Assembly: GCA_955652245.1 (NCBI GenBank)
Contig: CATPAV010000154.1
Span: forward strand, 1 to 24,127
Direction of reading: 5' to 3'
Origin: an uncultured Candidatus Udaeobacter sp.
GTDB lineage: Bacteria > Verrucomicrobiota > Verrucomicrobiia > Chthoniobacterales > UBA10450
Length of the DNA stretch: 24,127 bases
Shown one piece after another: positions 1-7,725 of this stretch; position 1 is the first letter of the stretch, and each line of letters opens with the position of its first letter. The notes under the pieces are model-generated. The model worked only from the letters and a program-made list of their open reading frames with translations. It made no database searches and was not told where the DNA came from. A program made the position numbers and the translations under genes.

Positions 1-849
1 GAAGTTTGTTACGAGCGTTTCCCCGGCATCATGACCGTCGCCGAAGAATCAACCGCGTGGCCGGGCGTGTCCCGTCCGACTTATCTCGGCGGCCTCGGCT
101 TTGGTTTCAAGTGGAACATGGGTTGGATGCACGACTTCCTGCAATACATGAGTCTCGACCCGATCTACCGGCGATATCATCACGGCAACATCACCTTTTC
201 GCTGCTCTACGCCTTCCAGGAGAACTTCATTCTCGTGCTCAGTCACGACGAAGTCGTGTATGGCAAGCGTTCGCTTTTATCCAAGATGCCGGGCGACGAA
301 TGGCAGAAGTTCGCCAATCTCCGCATGTTTCTGGCGTGGATGTACGGGCATCCCGGGAAAAAGCTCTTGTTCATGGGCGGCGAATTCGGCCAGGTGAACG
401 AATGGAACCACGATCAAAGTCTTGATTGGGACTTAACGCAGTTGCCTCGGCACAACGGCCTGCGCCGCCTCGTCCAGCATCTCAACTACGTTTACAAGAA
501 CGAGCGCGCCTTGTGGGACCAGGACGACAGCTACGAAGGCTTCGATTGGATCGATTTTCATGATGCCGACAATAGCGTCGTTGCGTTCCTGAGAAAATCG
601 CGCGCCGGCGATGTGATTGCGTTTGTCGTCAACGCCACGCCCGTCGTGCATCACAATTACCGGCTTGGCGTACCCGAGTCCGGTTTCTATCGCGAGATCA
701 TCAATACCGATGCCGAGACATACGGCGGCGGCAACGTCGGCAACTGTGGCGGCGTGCAGAGCGAAAACGTTCCATGGATGGCGCGCGAGCATTCCGTGGT
801 TATCCATCTTCCGCCGTTGGCGGCCGTGGCGTTTAAACTGGAAAGCTAG
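1..849 (+). CDS. glgB: 1,4-alpha-glucan branching enzyme, C-terminal part (5' end outside window)
   Basis: Frame is open from base 1 ([23 protein letters not shown]). It carries GH13 GlgB motifs [35 protein letters not shown] and EWNH, plus the C-terminal beta domain (LPPLA). Stop TAG at 847-849. Confidence 0.97.
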   Translation, partial: EVCYERFPGIMTVAEESTAWPGVSRPTYLGGLGFGFKWNMGWMHDFLQYMSLDPIYRRYHHGNITFSLLYAFQENFILVLSHDEVVYGKRSLLSKMPGDEWQKFANLRMFLAWMYGHPGKKLLFMGGEFGQVNEWNHDQSLDWDLTQLPRHNGLRRLVQHLNYVYKNERALWDQDDSYEGFDWIDFHDADNSVVAFLRKSRAGDVIAFVVNATPVVHHNYRLGVPESGFYREIINTDAETYGGGNVGNCGGVQSENVPWMAREHSVVIHLPPLAAVAFKLES

Positions 850-956
850 CGGCGATTGACTCGTTCGATCCGACTCACTCGCCCATCCGGGCTTCCAGTC
901 TATGTTGCTTGGCTCCCGCCAACTCCATTGCCCTGAACGCCTTCTGCGGTTTTGTT

Positions 957-979
957 GTAAAGGTCCGGCAGCTGCCGGA
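957..979 (+). repeat. 16-bp perfect palindrome TCCGGCAGCTGCCGGA (964-979) preceded by GTAA-agg; REP-like
   Basis: The sequence is its own reverse complement. It lies between convergent glgB and xseA. There is no clear U-tract on either strand. Confidence 0.6.
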
Positions 980-989
980 TGCCAAACGC

Positions 990-2309
990 CTAGTTATTAG
1001 ATTCGCTGGTTGGTACAACCCCCGCTACATCGGATCCGAACTCCCCGTCGCTAACACGCGTCCGGATTCTCATGCGAGGACGGATCGCCGCGACGGTTCG
1101 AATAACTTCTCCGTGATCGTCTGTAGTGATGCTGTAGCCGCGGCGCAGCGTCGCGTCGGGGCCGAGTACGCGCAGGATTCCTTCAATTTGAGCAAAACGT
1201 CGCTTTGCGTTTTCCACAGCCCGCACAGACGACGCGATGAAACGTCGATGCAAATCGACGAACCGATTGCGCCGCATGAGCAGCTCGCGGGCGGGGCTAC
1301 GCGCTTGCAGGGCGCGAGCGATGTGGATGAGACCACGCTTATAGTTGTCGATCTTGTGCGCGAGGCATCGACGCAAGGTTTCGCGTCCGGCATCGATTTG
1401 TTGCTGTGCGTCACGTAGTCGCTCGAGCAATTCACGGCCAACCGCGCGTTTGCATCCATCGATTCGCCGCCGAAGATCGACAATGTCCGGCATGATCAAT
1501 TCGGCTGCGGCGCTTGGAGTCGGTGCGCGCAAATCAGCCGTGAAATCACAAATAGTGAAATCGATTTCGTGTCCGATCGCGGAGACGATCGGCACGGAGA
1601 CATCGACAATGGTACGGGCAACAATTTCCTCGTTGAATTCCCACAAATCTTCCATGCTACCGCCACCCCGTGCGATCACGATAAGGTCGAGAGGTTGCCA
1701 ATGTTCGTTCGGCGTAGCCAGCTCGCGAATGGCGACTGCGATTTCCGTGGCCGCGCCGGTTCCCTGGACGCGCACGGGGTTAATCAAGATTTCTAACCAC
1801 GGCGCACGCCGTTTCAAAACGTTGAGAATATCTCGGATGGCCGCGCCGCTCGGGGAAGTGACGATGCCGATACGACGCGGGAATTTCGGCAGCGGACGTT
1901 TGCGCTCGGCCGCAAATAATCCTTCGGCTTCAAGTTTGCGCTTGAGCGCTTCGAACTTCGCCTGGAGCAGACCGAGCCCGCGTGGCTGCAAAATTTGGAC
2001 GCTAAGCTGGTATTGTCCGCGCGCTTCGAACACTGAAACCTGTCCGTAAACTTGTACCTGTGCTCCATCGGCCAGCGGTTGCCGCAGCGGCGGCATCGTG
2101 TTACGGAAAATCACGCAGGCGATCTGCGCCCGGGCGTCTTTGAGCGTGAAATACTGATGCCCGCTCGGATGCAGTTTGTAATTCGAGATTTCACCCTGCA
2201 CCCAGACGGCGCGAAATTTTGTCTCGAGCGTGCCGCGAATAGCGCGGGTTAGCTCGGCGACGGTGAGGATTTTCGAAGTTTGCTGAAAGAAATCGGCGGT
2301 TAGCTGCAT
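990..2309 (-). CDS. xseA: Exodeoxyribonuclease VII large subunit
   Basis: N-terminal OB fold (VWVQGEISNYKLHPSGHQYFTLKD), motifs IGIVTSPSGAAIRDIL, IARGGGSMEDLWEFNEE, SAIGHEIDFTICDFTADLRAPTPSAAAE, and C-terminal LRRGYSI. Confidence 0.97.
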   Translation of the reverse strand: MQLTADFFQQTSKILTVAELTRAIRGTLETKFRAVWVQGEISNYKLHPSGHQYFTLKDARAQIACVIFRNTMPPLRQPLADGAQVQVYGQVSVFEARGQYQLSVQILQPRGLGLLQAKFEALKRKLEAEGLFAAERKRPLPKFPRRIGIVTSPSGAAIRDILNVLKRRAPWLEILINPVRVQGTGAATEIAVAIRELATPNEHWQPLDLIVIARGGGSMEDLWEFNEEIVARTIVDVSVPIVSAIGHEIDFTICDFTADLRAPTPSAAAELIMPDIVDLRRRIDGCKRAVGRELLERLRDAQQQIDAGRETLRRCLAHKIDNYKRGLIHIARALQARSPARELLMRRNRFVDLHRRFIASSVRAVENAKRRFAQIEGILRVLGPDATLRRGYSITTDDHGEVIRTVAAIRPRMRIRTRVSDGEFGSDVAGVVPTSESNN

Positions 2310-2320
2310 GGGGACGATCG

Positions 2321-2348
2321 ATGAAGCAATGAAGCGAATGTTGAAGCG
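2321..2348. repeat. Degenerate octamer tandem repeat ATGAAGCA-ATGAAGCG-aatg-TTGAAGCG
   Basis: Three related 8-mers. The reverse complement (CGCTTCAA/CGCTTCAT/TGCTTCAT) resembles the CACTYCAW units at 21175-21210 and 23864-23900. Confidence 0.5.
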
Positions 2349-2373
2349 GCGCTTGTGTCAAGCGCCTCTACAG
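2348..2373 (-). repeat. GTAG-tagged REP-like hairpin CTGTAG-A-GGCGCTTG-ACA-CAAGCGCC
   Basis: Perfect 8-bp stem. The TAG of the tag is the ruvB stop codon. Confidence 0.75.
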
Positions 2374-3366
2374 CAATTCTGCTTGCGCACCTGCGGGTGG
2401 TTTCAAGCCGAGCTTGCGATACGCGTTTGATGTTGCGACGCGGCCTTGCGGCGTGCGTTTGATATAACCTTCCATGATCAGATAGGGCTCGTTTACTTCT
2501 TCGAGCGTGCCAGCTTCTTCGCCGATTGCGACGGCGAGCGAATTCAAACCAACCGGTCCGCCGTTGAATTTGTGAATCAAAGTTTCGATGATGCGCTTGT
2601 CCCATTGATCGAAGCCGTCGCGATCGATTTCGAGCATGGTGAGCGCGCGATCGGCCAACTCGGCAGTGATTTTTCCCTCGGCTTTCACTTGCACGTAATC
2701 GCGTACCCAGCGCAGGAGATTGTTCGCGGTGCGAGGTGTGCCGCGCGTGCGCGTGGCGATCTCCGCAGCGCCCGCGGGATCAATCTCGACCCCGAGCAAA
2801 CGTGCGCTGCGCAGGATGATCTTCTGCATTTCCTCGGCATTATAATAATCGAGCCGCGCGGTCATCCCGAAGCGCGACCGGAGGGGCGCGCTCACCATCC
2901 CCGCGCGCGTGGTCGCGCCGATAAGCGTGAACTTCGGCAAATTAAGGCGAAGACTGCGCGCCTGCGGCCCTTGATCGATAATGATGTCGAGCCGGTAATC
3001 TTCCATTGCCGGGTAAAGATATTCCTCAATCGTCGGTTGAAGCCGATGGATTTCGTCGATGAAAAGGGCATCGCCTTTTTCCAGACTGGTGAGAAGCCCG
3101 GCGAGCTCGCCGGCTTTTTCAATCACGGGCCCGCTCGTATTTTTGATGTTCACACTCATCGCGTTGGCGATGATGTAGGCGAGCGTGGTCTTGCCGAGAC
3201 CTGATGGGCCGCTCAGCAGAATGTGTTCGAGCACATCGCCACGTTTCTTGGCGGCTTCCACCATCAATTCGAGGCGCTCGCGCACTTTCACCTGGCCGGT
3301 GAACTCGCTGAACGCCGGGGGCCGCAGCGAGATTTCGAAAGCGGCATCTGGTTCAGGCGGTTTCAT
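2368..3366 (-). CDS. ruvB: Holliday junction branch migration ATPase RuvB
   Basis: LRP at the N terminus, Walker [22 protein letters not shown], Walker [34 protein letters not shown] and RTPQGR. Confidence 0.98.
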   Translation of the reverse strand: MKPPEPDAAFEISLRPPAFSEFTGQVKVRERLELMVEAAKKRGDVLEHILLSGPSGLGKTTLAYIIANAMSVNIKNTSGPVIEKAGELAGLLTSLEKGDALFIDEIHRLQPTIEEYLYPAMEDYRLDIIIDQGPQARSLRLNLPKFTLIGATTRAGMVSAPLRSRFGMTARLDYYNAEEMQKIILRSARLLGVEIDPAGAAEIATRTRGTPRTANNLLRWVRDYVQVKAEGKITAELADRALTMLEIDRDGFDQWDKRIIETLIHKFNGGPVGLNSLAVAIGEEAGTLEEVNEPYLIMEGYIKRTPQGRVATSNAYRKLGLKPPAGAQAELL

Positions 3367-3555
3367 CAGTGCTTCGGAGAGTTCATAGCATTTGAGCTAA
3401 GAAAGACGAAGAAGTTTCAGCTAAAGATCGGCACAGTTTGAGTAAATCCTGTCGTCAGCGTCGCTGACGCCCGGCCGCGATCAACGAACGCGGCTGCAGC
3501 GTTCGCAATAAGTCCTAACGCTTCAGTGCGTAGCGGCTGATTTTTTTTGAGATTT

Positions 3556-3585
3556 CGCCGGCGCGCCCGGCGGTCGCGGCTCTAC
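3556..3585 (-). repeat. GTAG-tagged GC-rich extragenic repeat containing the 19-mer GCGACCGCCGGGCGCGCCG
   Basis: The 19-mer (3577-3559, minus) is identical to 21698-21716 (plus). Both lie just 3' of a stop codon on the sense strand. Confidence 0.75.
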
Positions 3586-3594
3586 CGATTCGAG

Positions 3595-3882
3595 TTAAAC
3601 ACCTTCAACGACGACCATTCTCGTTCTCGCGGTGCGGTGCCGCATTTTGCGCGGTTCGCGGTACTCCTGGCAATTCAGCCATTCTTTGGCGCGCTGCATC
3701 GAGTCGAATTGCAGCACGACGATGCGTTTCGGTTTCCAATTGCCTTCGAGCGTTTCGGCCGCGCCGCCGCGTACGATGTATTTGCCGCCATACTTTTCCA
3801 CGGTCGCGCTAGCGAGTTTCTTGTATTCCTCGTAGCCAGTTGGATCGACAATGTCGATTTCAACGATCACGTAAGCGGACAT
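3595..3882 (-). CDS. DUF1330-family small dimeric alpha/beta barrel protein
   Basis: 95 aa with the typical pattern AYVIV-x-I-x-I-x-D...Y...KYGGKYIVRGG...LEG-x-W...VVLQFDS...AKEW...EY...R...A. Confidence 0.9.
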   Translation of the reverse strand: MSAYVIVEIDIVDPTGYEEYKKLASATVEKYGGKYIVRGGAAETLEGNWKPKRIVVLQFDSMQRAKEWLNCQEYREPRKMRHRTARTRMVVVEGV

Positions 3883-3923
3883 CTTCGGAAGGGAGAAATA
3901 AGGAAGAATTAAGAAGTTAAAAG

Positions 3924-4649
3924 TCAGTGTCCGTTCTGGCTATCTTTTGCCGCCAACTCTGGAATTTTTTTCCGGCGCCGTAGTCGCAGCCAGTTGTTCC
4001 AGGTTTTGCGGAGGCTGTCGCGCGGGGTCAGGTATTTTTGGTTGAGCTCGTTGCTCTTTACGATCTGGGCGAGGATTCCTTTCACGGAAAAATCATCTGT
4101 GTTCACGATTGTGTACGCGGTGCCCACGGTGGCGGCATGATGCGCATCGCTCGCGGCGGTCATGGGCAAACCGCGAATCTGCGCGTACTTGAAGGCGTAA
4201 CGATTGTAGCGATGCAACGTGGTCGCGGCGTTGAAAACCTCAATTGCATCGATCGGGAGTGTTTCCAATGTGGAGAGACGGATCCCGGCGCGAAACAAAT
4301 CGTAGGGATGCGGCGGAATCGCGAGGCCGCCGCGTTCATGAATCATCTCACACACCTCGCGCGCGGGTTTTCCTTTGAGATAGGGAAGTGTCTGGCCGAT
4401 ACAGAGAAGATGACCATCCGCTGTGGTTACTTCGACGCCGGGCAAAACTAAAAAATCATTCACTGGCAAACCATCGAGTCGCATCAAACCGCGCTCGAGT
4501 AGGTAGTTAACGGCATCGCACGTGTTGTGATCGGTGATGGCGATACCGTGCAAACCTTTTGCGCGTGCTGACGCGATCAAATCTTCCGGGCTGGAGACTC
4601 CGTCTCCGGAGAAGAAAGAGTGCGTGTGCAGGTCGATATTGAACGCCAT
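3924..4649 (-). CDS. PHP-domain metal-dependent phosphoesterase
   Basis: Metal-binding motifs DLHTHS, IAITDHN, GVEVTT, GHLL, PPHP, EVFN and ASDAH. Confidence 0.92.
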   Translation of the reverse strand: MAFNIDLHTHSFFSGDGVSSPEDLIASARAKGLHGIAITDHNTCDAVNYLLERGLMRLDGLPVNDFLVLPGVEVTTADGHLLCIGQTLPYLKGKPAREVCEMIHERGGLAIPPHPYDLFRAGIRLSTLETLPIDAIEVFNAATTLHRYNRYAFKYAQIRGLPMTAASDAHHAATVGTAYTIVNTDDFSVKGILAQIVKSNELNQKYLTPRDSLRKTWNNWLRLRRRKKIPELAAKDSQNGH

Positions 4650-4699
4650 TTCCTAGGGCCAGTTTGCGGTGCGCGACATGGAAAGCGTTGAAAATGGTT

Positions 4700-4742
4700 G
4701 TAACCAGGGGGCGGGATGCCGTTAACGAACTGGTTGCTACAG
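4700..4742 (-). repeat. GTAG-tagged imperfect hairpin CTGTA-GCAACCAG...CTGGTTAC
   Basis: CTGTAGC begins 4 nt after the ABC transporter stop. The stem pairs at 7 of 8 positions around a 22-nt loop. Confidence 0.5.
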
Positions 4743-4746
4743 TAAC

Positions 4747-6624
4747 CTAAACAAGCTCTTCAACAAGAACGCCCTGCTCCACCGCGCGTGCTTCTTGAGG
4801 CCGGTTGAATTGATGGTCGTAAAGCCGGCGGTAGTAGCCGGATTTGTCCAACAGCTCGGCGTGTGTGCCGATCTCCTTGATGCGGCCATAATCCATCACG
4901 ACGATTTGATCGGCCGATAAAACCGTGGAGAGCCGATGGGCAATTGCGATGACAGTGCGTCCGGCAGTGAGCTTTTCGAGCGCCTTTTGAATTTGCTGTT
5001 CCGATTCGGAATCGAGCGACGATGTGGCTTCATCAAGCAGAAGAACAGGCGCATTTTTCAGGACGGCGCGCGCAATTGCGAGACGCTGTTGCTGTCCGCC
5101 GGAGAGAAGACAGCCTTTGTCACCAATGATTGTTTCGTAGCCGTTCCGTTGCGCCATGATGAAATCGTGGGCGAATGCGGTATGCGCCGCTTCATAAATC
5201 TCTTCCGGCGTGGCATCGAGCCGCCCGAACTGGATGTTTTTGAAAATGGTGTCGTGAAATAAAAATGTCTCCTGGGTGACGAGACCGATCTGTTCGCGCA
5301 AGGATTTTTGGGTGATCGAGCGCAAATCGCGGCCATCGATCTTGACGGTTCCGGAAGCCGGATCGTACAAGCGCAGGATCAGCGAGAGAATCGTGCTTTT
5401 ACCGGCGCCGCTCGCACCGACGAGCGCATAGGTTTTGCCGGGATCGATGCGCAAGTTCAGATTACTGACCGCGTCAGTGACGGTATTTGCATAACGAAAT
5501 GTTACGTTCTCAAAATCAATGCGGCCTTCGGAGGCGGTCAGCTCGATAGCGTTTGGCGCATCTTGCACTGTGGGCTCGGAATCAAGAATTGAAAAAATTT
5601 CGGTGGTCGCAGCGATCGATTGCTGCATCACGATGTGGATTTTGCTGAGCGTTTTGATTGGGTCGTAGAGAATGAAAATTCCAGTGATCAGCCCAAAAAA
5701 CCGGCCGGCGCTCAGATTCGCGGCGTAAACGTAAAGCAGCGCCATGCCCACCCCGATAGCCGCGATTGTTTCCACCAGCGGCCCGACCGCTTCCATCGAC
5801 CTGATCAGGCGCATCATTTGTGAGAACTGCAATTGGTTGCTGCGTTCGAAGGATTTTTCCTGATGCGTCTCACGCGCAAACGACTTGATTACTCGGATAC
5901 CAGCAAAAGTTTCCTGCATGGTCACGACCATTTCTCCCATGCCTTCCTGTCCACTTTGCACGGCCTTTCGGGCGCGGCGGCCATAAATACGAAGCGGCAG
6001 CAAACAGGTCGGAAAAAGAATTAGAGTGACCACGGTGAATTTCCAATCCATCACGAGAAGGACGCTAATTCCCCCAACAACCGCGATTGGCTGCTTAAAA
6101 AGATCGCTGCTAACACTGGTCAAAGCCATTTGCATGGCGCGTGTGTCGTTGGTGATACGCGACATTAAAAAACCCGAGCGCATCTTGTTAAAGAAATCCA
6201 TCGAATGGCGAACCATCTTGCCGAAAAGCTGGCCCCGAATATCGGTGACGACCTTGTTGCTCACCCAATTCATGTAGTAAGAATTTCCGTACGAGCAGAG
6301 GCTGCGCACGGTCATAATGGCCGGAATGGCGAGGCAGATAAGAACGATCGAATTGATTTTTGGGCCGGTGTTCAGAATTTCCAGATTCGAGCGCAAGGCC
6401 ATTGGGTTGGGAGCGGCTCCGTGGAAGATAGTGCTTGTTACCCGGGCAACGACGAGCGGGAGAAGCGAATTGACCATGCCGAAGGCAACGCCCAACGACA
6501 GGCCAAGTACAAAACGCGCCTTATACGGCTTGACGTAACCATAGAGCCGCCGGTACGGACCCGATGCTGCTTTAAGAGTCTGCCAAAATGAGGATCTCTT
6601 CTTTGCGGCTTTACGGTTCTTCAT
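4747..6624 (-). CDS. msbA: MsbA-like lipid A/lipid export ABC transporter (permease plus ATPase)
   Basis: N-terminal TM domain, Walker A GASGAGKST, signature LSGGQQQR, Walker B LLLDEATS and IAHRLST. It overlaps the upstream GT9 gene by ATGA and sits in an LPS glycosyltransferase cluster. Confidence 0.85.
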   Translation of the reverse strand: MKNRKAAKKRSSFWQTLKAASGPYRRLYGYVKPYKARFVLGLSLGVAFGMVNSLLPLVVARVTSTIFHGAAPNPMALRSNLEILNTGPKINSIVLICLAIPAIMTVRSLCSYGNSYYMNWVSNKVVTDIRGQLFGKMVRHSMDFFNKMRSGFLMSRITNDTRAMQMALTSVSSDLFKQPIAVVGGISVLLVMDWKFTVVTLILFPTCLLPLRIYGRRARKAVQSGQEGMGEMVVTMQETFAGIRVIKSFARETHQEKSFERSNQLQFSQMMRLIRSMEAVGPLVETIAAIGVGMALLYVYAANLSAGRFFGLITGIFILYDPIKTLSKIHIVMQQSIAATTEIFSILDSEPTVQDAPNAIELTASEGRIDFENVTFRYANTVTDAVSNLNLRIDPGKTYALVGASGAGKSTILSLILRLYDPASGTVKIDGRDLRSITQKSLREQIGLVTQETFLFHDTIFKNIQFGRLDATPEEIYEAAHTAFAHDFIMAQRNGYETIIGDKGCLLSGGQQQRLAIARAVLKNAPVLLLDEATSSLDSESEQQIQKALEKLTAGRTVIAIAHRLSTVLSADQIVVMDYGRIKEIGTHAELLDKSGYYRRLYDHQFNRPQEARAVEQGVLVEELV

Positions 6625-7640
6625 GAAATTTGCGTCGCTGCAGACAACAGCAGTAAATTCATAGCACCGATCACCGCTTCCGTCGAGATTTGGCTCATCG
6701 GAAACCGCGGCTGAACAGCTGTAAACTCGGTCAATGGAATGGCTGATTTTCCTTGTAGGATCAGGGCGGGACTCTCCCGCGGTCGCCAGTGAAACGGATT
6801 GGTTGGACCGAATAGCACCACCTGCGGCGTCTGCGTCGCCGCCGCGAGGTGCATCGGGGCGGAGTCTACCGTCACAAGAAGACGTGCATCTGCGATCAGC
6901 GCCGCCAGGCTAAGTAAATCCGTTCTTCCGGAAAGGTCGACGATTCGCTGCCGCGTTTTCGCCTTGATCTCGGCAATGTGGACCTGCTCGAGGTGCGAAG
7001 CTCCACTCGTCAAAACAAGATCGACATCGCTATCTTGGCCAGTGTGATTAATGACTTGCGCCCAACGTGCCGGATCCCAGAATTTCTCGACGCGCGCTGA
7101 ACCGGGATGAAAGATGATGAAGTGACTGCCGATCTTTGAATCGCGCCGAAGCTTATTCGCTTTTCCACGGGCTAGCTCCGGCAACTCCAGATGAACCGCG
7201 CGGGAAGCGTTGCGAACTCCGAGTGGCTCCGCTAAGGCGAGATTATAATCAACTGTGTGCATGTCCCGCATACGATTGTCCACGAACTGGTTGTAGATTC
7301 GCGCCCGGGTTTTTGATTGCTCGCGGACACGGTAAGACACCACTCGTCTCCGCGCGCCGGATAAAAAAGCAAGAAAAGCAGAGCGATCATTTCGTGTGAA
7401 GTCGATGCAGTAATCAAATCTCTCACGCGCCAGGGCAAGGAACACAGCGACATCTCTCAGGTTACGCCGTGTGATTAAAATCCGATCGACATCCGGCATG
7501 ACTGGGAACAAATCGGCGCATTCGCTGGAAACGACGAGCGTTATCCGTGCGTCAGGAAAATTTTCGCGCAAAGCCGCCATAACCGGCATCGTCAAAATCA
7601 GATCGCCGACCCGTTTGAGTTGAAGGAGCAGGATATTCAA
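6621..7640 (-). CDS. Glycosyltransferase family 9 (ADP-heptose:LPS heptosyltransferase-like)
   Basis: TTG start; motifs LKRVGDLIL, FHPGS...KFW, DLSGRTDL, VTVDSAPMHLAAA and LFGPT. Confidence 0.92.
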   Translation of the reverse strand: MNILLLQLKRVGDLILTMPVMAALRENFPDARITLVVSSECADLFPVMPDVDRILITRRNLRDVAVFLALARERFDYCIDFTRNDRSAFLAFLSGARRRVVSYRVREQSKTRARIYNQFVDNRMRDMHTVDYNLALAEPLGVRNASRAVHLELPELARGKANKLRRDSKIGSHFIIFHPGSARVEKFWDPARWAQVINHTGQDSDVDLVLTSGASHLEQVHIAEIKAKTRQRIVDLSGRTDLLSLAALIADARLLVTVDSAPMHLAAATQTPQVVLFGPTNPFHWRPRESPALILQGKSAIPLTEFTAVQPRFPMSQISTEAVIGAMNLLLLSAATQIS

Positions 7641-7647
7641 GAACTAA

Positions 7648-7718
7648 GCTACTGTAGCGACGCTCTATGAACGTCGCATCCTTTTCTGTTCCCGTCGGCG
7701 GTCCTAAACCGCCGTTAC
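7648..7718. repeat. Pair of oppositely tagged REP-like hairpins (BIME-like)
   Basis: Plus: CTGTA-GCGACG-ctctatgaa-CGTCGC (7652-7677). Minus: GTAA-CGGCGGT-ttagg-ACCGCCG (7718-7696). Confidence 0.65.
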
Positions 7719-7725
7719 GAGGTAG

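Noticed and set aside
858-885. tRNA-like T-arm (ACTCG-TTCGATC-CGACT) followed by ...GCCCA
   Set aside because: The stem has a C-C mismatch, CCA is one base out of register, and there is no D arm, anticodon arm or 5' acceptor strand (the glgB stop is 9 nt upstream). Not a tRNA gene; at most a relic.
959-975. AAGGTCCGGCAGC resembling the SRP RNA core
   Set aside because: It lacks the GGAAGGAAGCAG loop motif and the long flanking helix; the palindrome explains it.
909-2049. Long plus-strand ORFs (909-1418, 1345-2049), and similar ones opposite ruvB, msbA, lepA and ubiD
   Set aside because: They are antisense or alternate-frame shadows of well-conserved genes in GC-rich DNA, with no recognisable motifs.
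3391-3425. Direct repeat TTAGCT (minus strand) twice upstream of ruvB
   Set aside because: Only 6 bp, no match to a regulator motif I know, and expected by chance.
3903-3923. GAATTAA-GAAGTTAA short AT-rich repeat between the PHP and DUF1330 genes
   Set aside because: Only two degenerate units; too weak to call.
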